Source of the DNA: Nitrospirota bacterium
GTDB lineage: Bacteria; Nitrospirota; UBA9217
Reading direction: 5' to 3'
Assembly: GCA_023229435.1 (NCBI GenBank)
Contig: JALNZF010000013.1
Coordinates: 10,433-74,432, forward strand
Length of the DNA: 64,000 bases
The position numbers and the translations under genes are program-made. The notes under the pieces were generated by a model. It saw only the letters and a program-made list of their open reading frames with translations. It ran no database searches and was not told the DNA's origin. The stretch's first letter is position 1. Every line of letters begins with the position of its first letter. Below, piece by piece: positions 19,250 through 28,852 of the stretch.

Positions 19250-20008
19250 CTATTTCTTGGGCCCAGCTTCCTTCTTCGGAGCAGCCTCTTTTGCACCTTC
19301 TTTGGCTCCTTCTTTGCCTTTTGCTTCAGCGCCCGACGCGGCCGCAGCCTCTTCTTCCTTCTTTGTCTTCTTGACGAGCTCGGGCTCAGCGCCCTCCGCT
19401 GCCACAGCCGGGGTCGCGGTAAGCATTTCCTCAAGCTTGGCCTCCGAGATCGGCGGTTGGATCGTCGCCACGGTCGAGTCAAGATCGGTCAGGATCTTTA
19501 CACCTTCAGGCGCCTTGATATCTCTCACATGGAGCGACTCGTTCACCTTGAGGTGCTCGATATTGACATCGATAAAATCCGGGATATGTGCCGGGAGGCA
19601 CTCGATCTCGAGATCACGCTGGCCATACTGGAAGATACCGCCTTCCTTCACCCCGATGGAATTCCCGGAAATGTGCACTGCCACCTGGATCTTCACCTTC
19701 TGGTTCATGGCGACTTCCATGAGATCGAGATGGATGAGCTTGCCGCTTATGGGGTCAACCTGGTAGTCCTTGATCAGGGCCAGCTTCATCCCCGCGCCTT
19801 TTCCTCCCTCAAGCTTGAGATTGATAAGCGCATGCGCTCCGCCCTCGGTGTTAAGGACCTTCGAGACATCCTTATTGACCATCACGATGGGCGTGGACTT
19901 GCCGTGGCTGTAGAGGACCGCCGGAACCTGTGCGTCCCTCCGCAATCCCCGGGCAGCTCCCTTGCCCACCTTTTCCCTGACTTGCGCTGTTAATGCTATT
20001 TTATCCAT
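19250..20008 (-). CDS. rplY: 50S ribosomal protein L25 / general stress protein Ctc
   Basis: An L25 N-domain is followed by a Lys/Ala/Glu-rich C-terminal tail. Confidence 0.85.
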   Translation of the reverse strand: MDKIALTAQVREKVGKGAARGLRRDAQVPAVLYSHGKSTPIVMVNKDVSKVLNTEGGAHALINLKLEGGKGAGMKLALIKDYQVDPISGKLIHLDLMEVAMNQKVKIQVAVHISGNSIGVKEGGIFQYGQRDLEIECLPAHIPDFIDVNIEHLKVNESLHVRDIKAPEGVKILTDLDSTVATIQPPISEAKLEEMLTATPAVAAEGAEPELVKKTKKEEEAAAASGAEAKGKEGAKEGAKEAAPKKEAGPKK

Positions 20009-20143
20009 TTCTCCTCCGATTCAATTTATGAAGCATTATACATGACTACCGAATAAGCACTGATGAATATTCTTCGGCTGACCACAGGACCATCTCCGAT
20101 TCCCTGAAGGTATCCGTGTTCACCAGTGGTTTCTCTCTTCCGT

Positions 20144-21103
20144 TTATACGAACAACGAGCTGAGCGATGTTTCCTCGTGAATCCTCGTGATGGCATCGGC
20201 AAGAAGCTGCGCAACGGAAAGCACCGTCAACTTTCTGCATTCCTGTTGCTTGGTGTCCAGAGCGATCGTATTGGTCGTGATCAGCTCATCGAGCGAAGAA
20301 TCATTAATGCGCTTGATCGCCGGACCCGAGAGCACCGCGTGAGAACAGGCCGCGCTGATCATGCCCGCTCCATTCTCCTTAAGCGCGGCCGCGCCCTCGG
20401 TCAGGGTCCCGGCGGTGTCCACCATATCATCCAGCAGCAGGCAGTCGTGTCCGTTGACATCGCCGATAATGTGCATGACCTGCGCCTCGTTCGGTTTGTC
20501 CCGCCGCTTGTCGATGATCGCAAGCGCCGCATTGAGCCGCTTGGCGAACGCCCGCGCCCGCTCCACGCCGCCGGCGTCGGGAGAAACAACGGTCAGGTTG
20601 GTAAATTTCTTTGACCGGAGATACTCGAGGAGCACCGGTGCGGCAAACAGGTTGTCCACGGGGATATTGAAGAACCCCTGTATCTGGCCCGCATGCAGAT
20701 CCACCGTAAGGACCCGGTTCGCGCCCGCGGTCGTGATCAGATCGGCCACAAGCTTGGACGTAATAGGAACGCGGGGCTGCACTTTCCGGTCCTGCCGGCT
20801 GTACCCGTAATAAGGGAGCACCGCCGTGATGCGGGTTGCCGACGCCCGCTTGAGCGCATCGATCATGATCAGGAGTTCCATGAGATTCCGGTTCACCGGG
20901 CTCCCCGTGGGCTGCACGACGAAAACATCCATGCCGCGCACGTTGTCCACGATCTGGACATTGATCTCGCCGTCGCTGAAACGGCCTACCAGCGCGTTCC
21001 CGAGCGGAATGTCCATCTTCTGGCAGATCTCCTTTGCCAGCGCCAGGTTTGCGTTTCCCGAAAAGATCTTTATTTCCCGTGATCTCGCCTTCACTTCATT
21101 CAT
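20144..21103 (-). CDS. prs: Ribose-phosphate pyrophosphokinase
   Basis: The PRPP synthetase signature is present ([11 protein letters not shown]...[13 protein letters not shown]). Confidence 0.9.
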   Translation of the reverse strand: MNEVKARSREIKIFSGNANLALAKEICQKMDIPLGNALVGRFSDGEINVQIVDNVRGMDVFVVQPTGSPVNRNLMELLIMIDALKRASATRITAVLPYYGYSRQDRKVQPRVPITSKLVADLITTAGANRVLTVDLHAGQIQGFFNIPVDNLFAAPVLLEYLRSKKFTNLTVVSPDAGGVERARAFAKRLNAALAIIDKRRDKPNEAQVMHIIGDVNGHDCLLLDDMVDTAGTLTEGAAALKENGAGMISAACSHAVLSGPAIKRINDSSLDELITTNTIALDTKQQECRKLTVLSVAQLLADAITRIHEETSLSSLFV

Positions 21104-21119
21104 CCTCTTTTCCGAATAC

Positions 21120-21193
21120 TGGTTCGGGGACAGGGATTCGAACCCCGATAAAAGGCTTCAAAGGCCTCTGTCCTACCATTAGACGATCCCCGA
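21120..21193 (-). tRNA. tRNA-Gln (anticodon UUG)
   Basis: A cloverleaf was drawn by hand. The acceptor stem is UCGGGGA/UCCCCGA with U1:A72. The D-stem is 3 bp. The anticodon loop is CUUUGAA. The T-arm is CGGGG-UUCGAAU-CCCUG and CCA is encoded. Confidence 0.75.
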
Positions 21194-21425
21194 TCGAAGG
21201 CCGACTCCGGGCCTGGCCGCGGGGCCGGATAACTTCCGATAAAGAACAACTGCGAAAACCAAATGATCCTGTTGCTGACGGCCCCTCTCCGTTCACAGAG
21301 ACTTTCAGCCGTAATAAGAGCGGGGCGCATTCTCTAACAGGGTAAATATCAAAATATCAAAGGATAGGCAGAGCCTATCCTCTCGTATCAGATGCAGAAT
21401 CGGCAAAACTCGTATCAGCAGCATA

Positions 21426-21728
21426 TTATTTCTCTTCAGGATCTTTTGGCTCCGGCTCCTGCTTCGTGGGCTTGGCCAGCTCGCGTTCGTATTCAGCAAG
21501 GACCTTCTTCTCGATCACCTGCCTGGTCTCGCTGTTCAGCGGATGGGCGATGTCCTTGAACGTTCCATCCTTCATCTTGCGGCTCGGCATGGCCACAAAC
21601 AATCCCGCGTTGCCGTTAATGACACGCAGGTCCCTGATCAGGAACACGCTGTCGATCGTTATGGTTGCATAGGCCTTGAGACGCTCTTCATTATTGACCG
21701 GGAAAACCCTCACCTCCGTGATTTCCAT
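21426..21728 (-). CDS. spoVG: SpoVG family protein
   Basis: The sequence reads MEITEVRVFPVNNEERLKAYATITID. The internal ATG at 21728 is used. Confidence 0.8.
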   Translation of the reverse strand: MEITEVRVFPVNNEERLKAYATITIDSVFLIRDLRVINGNAGLFVAMPSRKMKDGTFKDIAHPLNSETRQVIEKKVLAEYERELAKPTKQEPEPKDPEEK

Positions 21729-21792
21729 AGACTCCCCTTCACACTGAAGAATCGTGGCACACTGGTCGATCCCGACAACTTCCGTTATGCTG

Positions 21793-22671
21793 CTATCCCG
21801 AGCGTAATTCCGCAAACGGTGATGCGGTCAATGTTTCAACCGGATAGGACCTCCATCCCTCAGGGGAAAGTCTATCAGCGGCGACCCGGCATGCAGCAAC
21901 GGTCTCGAATATGCCGAACACCGTCGGCCCGCTCCCGCTCATGAGGGCACCCAAGGCCCCCTGGTCCAAAAGCGCATCTTTGATCTTGTTTATCACCGGG
22001 TGAACTACTGAGGTCACCTGCTCAAGGTCATTATGGAGCCCCAAGGCGATATTTCGGAGATTAAGCCTTGCAATTTTATTACAGTCGCCTTTTTTTGTCA
22101 ACCCCAAATTTAAGTTTTTGTAGACCCAGGCAGTGGAGGTCTCAAACCCCGGATTGACGAGCAGGACCGGGAAGTGCGGCAACGGTGTCAGCTCGGTGAG
22201 GATTTCTCCCCTCCCCCGCGCAAGGGCCGTCGGCCCGAAGAAAAAAAAGGGCACGTCCATGCCGATCCGGGCGCCGATCTCGGCCAGCCGGTCCCGGTCA
22301 AGTCCAATGCCGAGCAGCCTGTTCAAAGCCATGAGCACGGCTGCGGCATTGCCGCTCCCTCCGCCGAGCCCGGCCGCAACGGGTATGTTTTTTTTGATCT
22401 CGATCGCCAGGCCGGTCTCTTGGCCGGAGATCCTGAGTATTTCCAATGCCGCCTTCCAGGCAATGTTCTCCTCCCCGGATGGCACCGCATGGCTGTCACA
22501 GGACACGCTGACGCCCGATCCGCCGAGCGATACGGTCACCTCGTCGAAGAGCCCCACCATCTGCATCAGCATCTCAACGTCGTGGTACGCATCCGGTCTC
22601 CTGCCGAGCACGGACAGACAAAGGTTGATCTTAGCCGGAGAAAGGAGCGTTATTGTGTTAATGGTAGCCAT
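21793..22671 (-). CDS. ispE: 4-diphosphocytidyl-2-C-methyl-D-erythritol kinase
   Basis: It belongs to the GHMP kinase family (AKINLCLSV..., PVAAGLGGGSGNAAA). Confidence 0.85.
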   Translation of the reverse strand: MATINTITLLSPAKINLCLSVLGRRPDAYHDVEMLMQMVGLFDEVTVSLGGSGVSVSCDSHAVPSGEENIAWKAALEILRISGQETGLAIEIKKNIPVAAGLGGGSGNAAAVLMALNRLLGIGLDRDRLAEIGARIGMDVPFFFFGPTALARGRGEILTELTPLPHFPVLLVNPGFETSTAWVYKNLNLGLTKKGDCNKIARLNLRNIALGLHNDLEQVTSVVHPVINKIKDALLDQGALGALMSGSGPTVFGIFETVAACRVAADRLSPEGWRSYPVETLTASPFAELRSG

Positions 22672-22679
22672 AGAAATCA

Positions 22680-22820
22680 GTGCTCTAAAGTGACTAAAGT
22701 GAACTAAAATGCGCTAAAGTGAGAACTTCTAATCTTATTTTAGGCACTTTAGGCACTTTAGGCACTTTAGGCACTTTAGGCACTTTAGGCACTTTATGAA
22801 TTTTAGGCACTTTTTTCCCC
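22680..22820. repeat. Intergenic composite repeat: inverted arms built of 9-10 bp tandem units (CTAAAGTGN x4 / GGCACTTTA x6-7)
   Basis: Seen directly in the sequence. A homologous element is present at 35590..35712. Confidence 0.8.
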
Positions 22821-22823
22821 TCT

Positions 22824-23606
22824 CTACTTCTCCCGTTCCTCTATCCCCTGATCCGAAAGTGTAAAAACATCGTCAGCCACGGCCACATACATGTCCGCCT
22901 CGGTGTACTCGATCGTGATCGTCACGCCCTTCCCGGGACTCTCTATGACGATTGTCCTGGGCAGGAGAACATGCGATACTTCCTGCATGCGTTCATACCG
23001 TGTCCGGTACACCAGGGTATTCGATTGGTAGAGCTCCTGAACAGCGATCCTGAGCGCCGGCACCAAGTCTGATGAAGGAGGCAGCACGCGGATGCGCCGC
23101 ACCGTGTCCCCCTCAGGCAGTTCGATCACGCAGGCATTGTTCTGCGTGCAGAACACCCGTGCGTCCAAAGGCCGGGTGATCTCCGTGACCATGCCGGAGA
23201 GGATGGCGCAAAGGTCCTTTGCCTCCACGCTCATGCCAAGAAGTCTCTCTATCCCGGCCTGCCCGGGTCTCATGATCCTGTCGTCATCCTGCATGCGCAA
23301 CAACACGTCGTTGCCGTCCCATACGAGCGCGATGAAGGACTGCCCCAGGGGCCCGAAGGCTTCCACCCGGAGCCTGCGCTGGGCGTCGAGCACGATACCC
23401 ACGGTATCGAAAGAACGCTTCACCCCCCGCCTGACCACCTCAACGCTCGCGATCGCCTTAAGCCCGGTGAAGGCCTGACGCTGCTGTTCCAGCGCTTGGA
23501 CGAGCGGGCCGGCAGGGACCTCGGTGCCGGGGATCCCGGGTTTTTTCGGGAGACAGGAGAACAGGAACAAAACAACGATGAGGACGATGATCCGGCGGGT
23601 CTTCAC
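22824..23606 (-). CDS. LolB-like outer-membrane lipoprotein (DUF4292-like)
   Basis: It has a lipobox (LFSC). Its position immediately upstream of ispE matches the conserved lolB-ispE-prs order. Confidence 0.55.
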   Translation of the reverse strand: MKTRRIIVLIVVLFLFSCLPKKPGIPGTEVPAGPLVQALEQQRQAFTGLKAIASVEVVRRGVKRSFDTVGIVLDAQRRLRVEAFGPLGQSFIALVWDGNDVLLRMQDDDRIMRPGQAGIERLLGMSVEAKDLCAILSGMVTEITRPLDARVFCTQNNACVIELPEGDTVRRIRVLPPSSDLVPALRIAVQELYQSNTLVYRTRYERMQEVSHVLLPRTIVIESPGKGVTITIEYTEADMYVAVADDVFTLSDQGIEEREK

Positions 23607-25351
23607 TGCCTGCCCTTTTTCCTCGGCTTCACGTCCTTGAGCAGGTCATCGGGCTTGCCGAACCCCGCCTCCTTGAACTTCTCGCGGAGATTCTGGTTCT
23701 CGGGGTCAAGCTCCAGGGACTTGAGCCACTGCAGTCTGGCATTGTCCTTGTCGGCAAACTTCAGGTAAATATCACCATAGTGCTCGCGCATCACGGGGTC
23801 CTTCTCCACCTTCCCGACGGCTTCTCTCATGACCGCGAGCGCCTCGTTCAGCATGCCCTTCTGATAATAGGCCCAGGCGAGGCTGTCGAGGATGTAACCG
23901 CTGTCAGGTTTGATCAGGAGCGCGCGCTTGATAAGCCGTATCGACTCGTCGAGGTTCTCTCCTTTTTCGGCAAAGGAATAGCCGAGGTAGTTCAAGGCAT
24001 CCGCGTGGTCCGGCTTAAGCTCGATCGTTTTTTTAAGCGTAGCGATCATCTCTACGCGCTTACCCTGCTTTTCATAGGCAATTGCCAGACTGAACAGCAG
24101 ATCGTCCCGGTCCGGCGCCATCTGGAACCCCCTGATCAGCGTATCGACAGCTTGCTGGTATTTTTCGAGATCCATATACGCATTGGCCAGATACAGATAG
24201 AGCTCGGGCTTCCCGGGCTGTTCGGCGAGCGCCCTCTCCAGGAGCGGCACGGCGTCCGCGATCCTGCCCATCTGCGCATAAATATACGCGATCTGGAGGA
24301 CCGCGTCGGTGTCCTCGGGATCGGCTGACCGGAGGGACTGATATTCCGCGAGCGCCTCCGCATACCGTTCCACGGCCACCAGGGTGGAGGCGAGGTAACG
24401 CTTGACCCTTAGGTCCTTTGGCATTGCGCGCGAAACGACCAGGAATGCCTCCACCGCCTCTTCGTATTTTTTCTGCTCGGCATGGATGAGACCCATCTTG
24501 ACAAAGGCGTCATAGTTCCTGGGGTCCATGGCGGTCACCTGTTTCAATTGTTCCAATGCCTCGGGAAGCGAATTCTGCTGAATATAGAGCTGGGCAAGGT
24601 GCTGCTGGATCTCAAGGTTGTGGGGATTGATCCCGATGGCCTTCTTATATGCCTCAATGGCGTCGCCGACATTGTCCATCTGCTCATAGACGAACGCCAT
24701 GCCGATGAACGCGGGATCGAAGTCGTCCCGAATGGAGATCGCGCGCTGATATTCTGCCAGTGCTTCCTTATACATCTGCCGTTCCGTGTAGATCCGTCCG
24801 AGATAATACGGCGACATAAGCAGCGTTGGATTGATCTTATCGAGGGCATGAAACGTCTCCACGGCTTCGTCGTACCGCTTCAGAGACGCATACAGAGAAC
24901 CAAGGTACAGGTAGGAGTCCTCCTGCTGCGGATTGAGCGATATTACCTTGCGATAGACGGTCACCGCATCGTCGTATCTCTTTTTGCTCGTATAGATGTT
25001 GGCAAGGAGCATGAGCGGCTGCGGGTTGTCCGGTTGCAGTTCCGCCGCCTGCTGCGCATAACGGGTCGCCTTATCAAGTTGCCCCTTGCGAAGCGAGAGG
25101 GATGCGAGAGAGAGGGGGACTACGGCAGCTTTCGGATCCAGCCGGAACGCCTCCTCATATTCATTCATGGCAACATCGAACTCTCCATCCTCTTCAGAGA
25201 GCCTGCCGATGATAAAATGGTAATAGGCATCTGCTTGTGTGCGGACGCCGGACCCGATCTTCGCGGACGTGGTTTCAGGCATCCTGGCGGGAGACGTTGC
25301 GCAGGCACCAACGAAAAGAGAGAGCGACAGAAGTGCGAAGGTCTTTTTCAT
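23603..25351 (-). CDS. TPR-repeat lipoprotein
   Basis: About 14 TPR units are present. The start is taken at MKKTFALLSLSLFVGAC (ATG 25351). Confidence 0.7.
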   Translation of the reverse strand: MKKTFALLSLSLFVGACATSPARMPETTSAKIGSGVRTQADAYYHFIIGRLSEEDGEFDVAMNEYEEAFRLDPKAAVVPLSLASLSLRKGQLDKATRYAQQAAELQPDNPQPLMLLANIYTSKKRYDDAVTVYRKVISLNPQQEDSYLYLGSLYASLKRYDEAVETFHALDKINPTLLMSPYYLGRIYTERQMYKEALAEYQRAISIRDDFDPAFIGMAFVYEQMDNVGDAIEAYKKAIGINPHNLEIQQHLAQLYIQQNSLPEALEQLKQVTAMDPRNYDAFVKMGLIHAEQKKYEEAVEAFLVVSRAMPKDLRVKRYLASTLVAVERYAEALAEYQSLRSADPEDTDAVLQIAYIYAQMGRIADAVPLLERALAEQPGKPELYLYLANAYMDLEKYQQAVDTLIRGFQMAPDRDDLLFSLAIAYEKQGKRVEMIATLKKTIELKPDHADALNYLGYSFAEKGENLDESIRLIKRALLIKPDSGYILDSLAWAYYQKGMLNEALAVMREAVGKVEKDPVMREHYGDIYLKFADKDNARLQWLKSLELDPENQNLREKFKEAGFGKPDDLLKDVKPRKKGRQ

Positions 25352-25444
25352 GATCGTAAATCCCTGTGAACAACTGGTATGTGTCAAGGGAAACTCCGCA
25401 TTAATGGTAAATTGTACTGGTTTACTGATAAAGGCGAAACTAAA

Positions 25445-25622
25445 AGGCGTCTCTCGCAGAGGCGCAGAGCTCACAGAGAAAAGCGCAAAAAATGTTCTTG
25501 TTTAAAATAAATACAAAAAGGTTTGATTTAACTCTGCGAACTCTGCGGATGTCCTAAGTGGCCGCTTTTCTTTCATAGGCTACTGCGAGAAAATTTCCTG
25601 CCATTTTAGAAGAATTTGATTC
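25445..25622. repeat. ~180-bp intergenic palindromic repeat element, copy 1 (CGCAGAG-motif family)
   Basis: It shares its ends and a 49-nt identical core with 29937..30114 (inverted) and with 58487..58626. Confidence 0.8.
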
Positions 25623-26396
25623 CTATTCGTCCCTCTTCATGAGCCGCTTCACCTGTTCCAGGCTCGTCTCAATACCGTCTTTATCGTGCACTTCAACCGT
25701 AAGAACAGTTGATGGAGCCTGGGCGTTCAAAAGGCCGAAGAATTTTTCAAAATCGATGTTCCCCCGTCCCAAGGCCCAATGCGAGTCGGCCTTCCCATCG
25801 TTGTCGTGCAGATGGACCTCCACCAGGCGGCGTCCGAGAGACTCGAACCATTGCTCCATCGTGACTTTGGAAAATAGATTGAAATGGCCGGTGTCAAAAC
25901 AGAACCCGAAGTCCGGGCTGTCGATCTTCTCGATAAGCATCTGCAGCGCTTCCGGCTCTTCATCGAACACGTTTTCGACAGCAACACGCAGTCCGATCTT
26001 CGTTGCCGAGTCCATTACCTTTTGCCAGGTATCCATGCTGTTCTCGAGCCAGATGTCCTTCCGTCCACTGTAACGCCACCGGTCATAGGCGCCGTGGAAA
26101 ACGGCGGCGCGCGGCTTGAGAATGGCCGCCACGGCCAGGATCTGCCGGAAACGCACCTGGGTAACCGACCGCACCATCGGGTCCATGGCGCCGGGGTTCA
26201 TGTCCATGAACGGCGCGTGGAGCGTAAGCTTTGGATTCCAGTCAAGTCGTTCGATCAGTTTCTCGAGGTCCTGCTTTTCGATCTGGTCGAGGACCGCGCC
26301 GGAAAAATAGATCTCGAGGTCATAGCGGCGTTTGCGCAGCATCTCGAGATAATCCTTCAGCAGCGGAAAAGGCATCTGGATATGGATGGGTTCCAT
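25623..26396 (-). CDS. Sugar phosphate isomerase/epimerase (xylose-isomerase-like TIM barrel)
   Basis: Conserved metal-binding E/D/H residues are present (VENVFDEEPE, FDTGHFNL, HLHDND). Confidence 0.7.
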   Translation of the reverse strand: MEPIHIQMPFPLLKDYLEMLRKRRYDLEIYFSGAVLDQIEKQDLEKLIERLDWNPKLTLHAPFMDMNPGAMDPMVRSVTQVRFRQILAVAAILKPRAAVFHGAYDRWRYSGRKDIWLENSMDTWQKVMDSATKIGLRVAVENVFDEEPEALQMLIEKIDSPDFGFCFDTGHFNLFSKVTMEQWFESLGRRLVEVHLHDNDGKADSHWALGRGNIDFEKFFGLLNAQAPSTVLTVEVHDKDGIETSLEQVKRLMKRDE

Positions 26397-26402
26397 CAGG
26401 AA

Positions 26403-26690
26403 TCAGCCTTTGGACGGACAGGTACCTGGACAGGTGCCCGCAGCGCAACTGGTTGCCGGCTTTGCCTCCTCTTTGGGTTTCTCCGAAGCACTTCCCTCTT
26501 TTCGGGCATTCGACGGATAATCCGTCACATACCAGCCGCTCCCCTTAAGCACGAACGCCGGCGTAGAAAGCACCTTGCGGACATTCGCGGCTTTGCACAA
26601 CGGGCATACGGAAAGGTCTGGATCGCTGAATTTCCGGACAGCCTCAAAGCGGCCCCCGCAGCTTCCGCACTCGTATTCATAAACAGGCAT
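26403..26690 (-). CDS. FmdB-family zinc-ribbon protein
   Basis: The sequence reads MPVYEYECGSCG...CPLCK. Confidence 0.7.
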   Translation of the reverse strand: MPVYEYECGSCGGRFEAVRKFSDPDLSVCPLCKAANVRKVLSTPAFVLKGSGWYVTDYPSNARKEGSASEKPKEEAKPATSCAAGTCPGTCPSKG

Positions 26691-26777
26691 ACTACACCTC
26701 CATTAGAACATGCATTATAAACAATGGGGCCAATAAAAACAAGAGTTTTCGTATGCCGGGCAGGCTCCGGCCCCTGA

Positions 26778-28220
26778 ATGTGTTCCCTGAGGATGGCAAA
26801 AAGATTATTTCGTGATAAGATTATACCTATGATAATCGTCAAGCCTTGCTTTTTGTTCTTTCTGTTCGCATCCATCCTGGGCTTCAGCAGTGGATGTGCG
26901 ACCTTGCCGGACGTCTCTGAAGTCATTGATGACACGCCGATTGCGCAAAAACCTCGTCAAATCGTTTCATCCAAGGGACTGTTATCTCCCCGTCAAAGCA
27001 AGGCGATCATGGACCGGCTGAAGCGATCGGTCGACCCGACGGACATTCTGCAACGCCACACTGCCGTGGTGGAATCGGTCACTGAAAGCCCGCTGACGAA
27101 GGGAAATAAGGTCACCCTGATCGCCGATGGCAAGGCAACCTATGCCGCAATGTTCAAAGCGATACGGAATGCCAAAAACCATATCAACCTTGAAAGCTAT
27201 ATCATTGAAGATGATGAAACAGGCCATACATTTGCCGACCTGTTGCTGCAAAAACAGGCGGAAGGTGTCCAGGTAAATATCCTGTATGACAGCGTGGGCA
27301 GTATGTATACTCCCGCTTCTTTTTTCCAGCGCCTGCGCGACAACGGAATTCAGGTTGTCGGGTTCAATCCTACAAATCCACTGGAGCTTCAGGAGAAATG
27401 GGGACTGACACACCGGGACCACCGCAAGATTTTGATCGTTGACGGCAACGTTGCCATTATCGGGGGCATCAACATCAGCAAGGTTTATTCGAGCGGTCCT
27501 CTCAAACGGAAACGAAACGAAAAGGCGCCGATTCACTGGCGCGACACAGACATTCACATTGAAGGCCCGTCCGTGGCTGAATTACAGAAGCTCTTTTTTG
27601 ACACCTGGCTGAAACAGAAGGGACCGAAACTTTCCGGACGGAATTATTTCCCTGATCTGAAAGAAGCGGGCAATGCCCTGGTGCGGGTTATCGGCAGCAC
27701 CCCGGGAGAAACCAACAGGATACCTTTTATCGTGTATGTGTCGGTCATCGGTTTCGCAGAGCATTCGATCCACATGACGAATTCCTATTTTATCCCTGAC
27801 GACCAGATCGTAAAAGCCCTTGCTGATGCCGCTGAGCGCGGTGTTGACGTAAAGATCATTCTCCCCGGGATCACCGATTCTCAGTTCACGTTATATGCGC
27901 AGAGGCATCATTATTCCAGTCTTTTGAGATCGGGAGTGAAGATATACGAGCACAGTACTTCCCTGCTGCACGCGAAAACCGCGGTGGTTGACCAGGTTTG
28001 GTCAACGGTCGGCTCAACCAACATGGACTTCTTGAGCTTATTGAACAATGACGAGGTGAATGCGATTATCCTGAGTCACGATTTTGCCGTCGAAATGGAG
28101 CAGATGTTTGTCAGTGACCTTGCGGATTCCAGGCAGATCCAATGGGATGAGTGGAAAAAAAGACCTGTCTTCCCGAGGATTGGGGAGTGGTTTGTGCATT
28201 TATTCGTCCGATGGTTGTAG
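26778..28220 (+). CDS. cls: Cardiolipin synthase (PLD superfamily, two HKD motifs)
   Basis: The two HKD motifs are HRKILIVDG and LHAKTAVVD. An N-terminal TM segment is present. Confidence 0.85.
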   Translation: MCSLRMAKRLFRDKIIPMIIVKPCFLFFLFASILGFSSGCATLPDVSEVIDDTPIAQKPRQIVSSKGLLSPRQSKAIMDRLKRSVDPTDILQRHTAVVESVTESPLTKGNKVTLIADGKATYAAMFKAIRNAKNHINLESYIIEDDETGHTFADLLLQKQAEGVQVNILYDSVGSMYTPASFFQRLRDNGIQVVGFNPTNPLELQEKWGLTHRDHRKILIVDGNVAIIGGINISKVYSSGPLKRKRNEKAPIHWRDTDIHIEGPSVAELQKLFFDTWLKQKGPKLSGRNYFPDLKEAGNALVRVIGSTPGETNRIPFIVYVSVIGFAEHSIHMTNSYFIPDDQIVKALADAAERGVDVKIILPGITDSQFTLYAQRHHYSSLLRSGVKIYEHSTSLLHAKTAVVDQVWSTVGSTNMDFLSLLNNDEVNAIILSHDFAVEMEQMFVSDLADSRQIQWDEWKKRPVFPRIGEWFVHLFVRWL

Positions 28221-28257
28221 CAATTCGTCCATGCCAGTAACGATCGACGGGGAATGT

Positions 28258-28412
28258 CAACCGTAAACAGGGTGTTGAAAAACGCTCCGTTTACTCCTTC
28301 GACAATGCTTCGACAGGCTCAGCAGAGCACTCAGGGTGAACGGAGCGGGTACTGATATTATTCGTAGATATTGCGCCTGTCGAACCGCAAAAAGACTTTT
28401 TCAGCAGCCTGT
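28258..28412. repeat. MITE-like palindromic element X, copy 1 (terminal ACTTTTTCAGCAGCCTG)
   Basis: It shares a 16-mer terminal repeat and internal motifs with 50345..50477. Confidence 0.6.
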
Positions 28413-28441
28413 AAAGGTCTGGCCCTGATATGCTCTCTGCT

Positions 28442-28726
28442 CTAAGAGATTCCCGGCGCTGTATCGGTCAATCCCCCTCCGGAACGTCCTCCAACAATCA
28501 GGAACCGCTCCCGGATGATCCTCATGAACCGCGGCGTATAGATGAGCTCGAACACGTCATCCTTGCCCGGGAAAAGGTTTCGCGCGGCCTGCCGTGTGTT
28601 CTGCAGGATGTCGAACGATTCCCGAATCGTCAGGTCCGTCTGCTGCATGAGTATTGCCTGGTTAAGGTCCACGACGAACCGCAACATCCGCAGTCTTCTC
28701 TCTTCTTCCTGCAATGCCTCGTTCAT
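28442..28726 (-). CDS. Hypothetical protein
   Basis: The call rests on the ORF alone and no recognisable domain was found. Confidence 0.35.
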   Translation of the reverse strand: MNEALQEEERRLRMLRFVVDLNQAILMQQTDLTIRESFDILQNTRQAARNLFPGKDDVFELIYTPRFMRIIRERFLIVGGRSGGGLTDTAPGIS

Positions 28727-28852
28727 ATGCCATCCTTGAACATGCCTTATCTGTCTGCGGCATGATACTGCGATGTTGTTCTTTTTTCAAGAGCAGGGGC
28801 GGAGACATTTGTGGCGGTTGATTCAGGGTTCAAAGTTCAGGGTTCGGGAGGG

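Noticed and set aside
18770-19993. 407-aa and 237-aa plus-strand ORFs over pth/rplY
   Set aside because: They are antisense to conserved pth and L25 genes, and no domains are recognisable.
22680-22820. CRISPR array hypothesis for the GGCACTTTA tandem repeats
   Set aside because: The units are contiguous 9-mers with no spacers. The two arms are inverted, not directly repeated.
24482-25369. 295-aa plus-strand ORF
   Set aside because: It is antisense to the TPR lipoprotein gene.
25884-26720. 278-aa plus-strand ORF
   Set aside because: It is antisense to the sugar-phosphate isomerase and FmdB genes.
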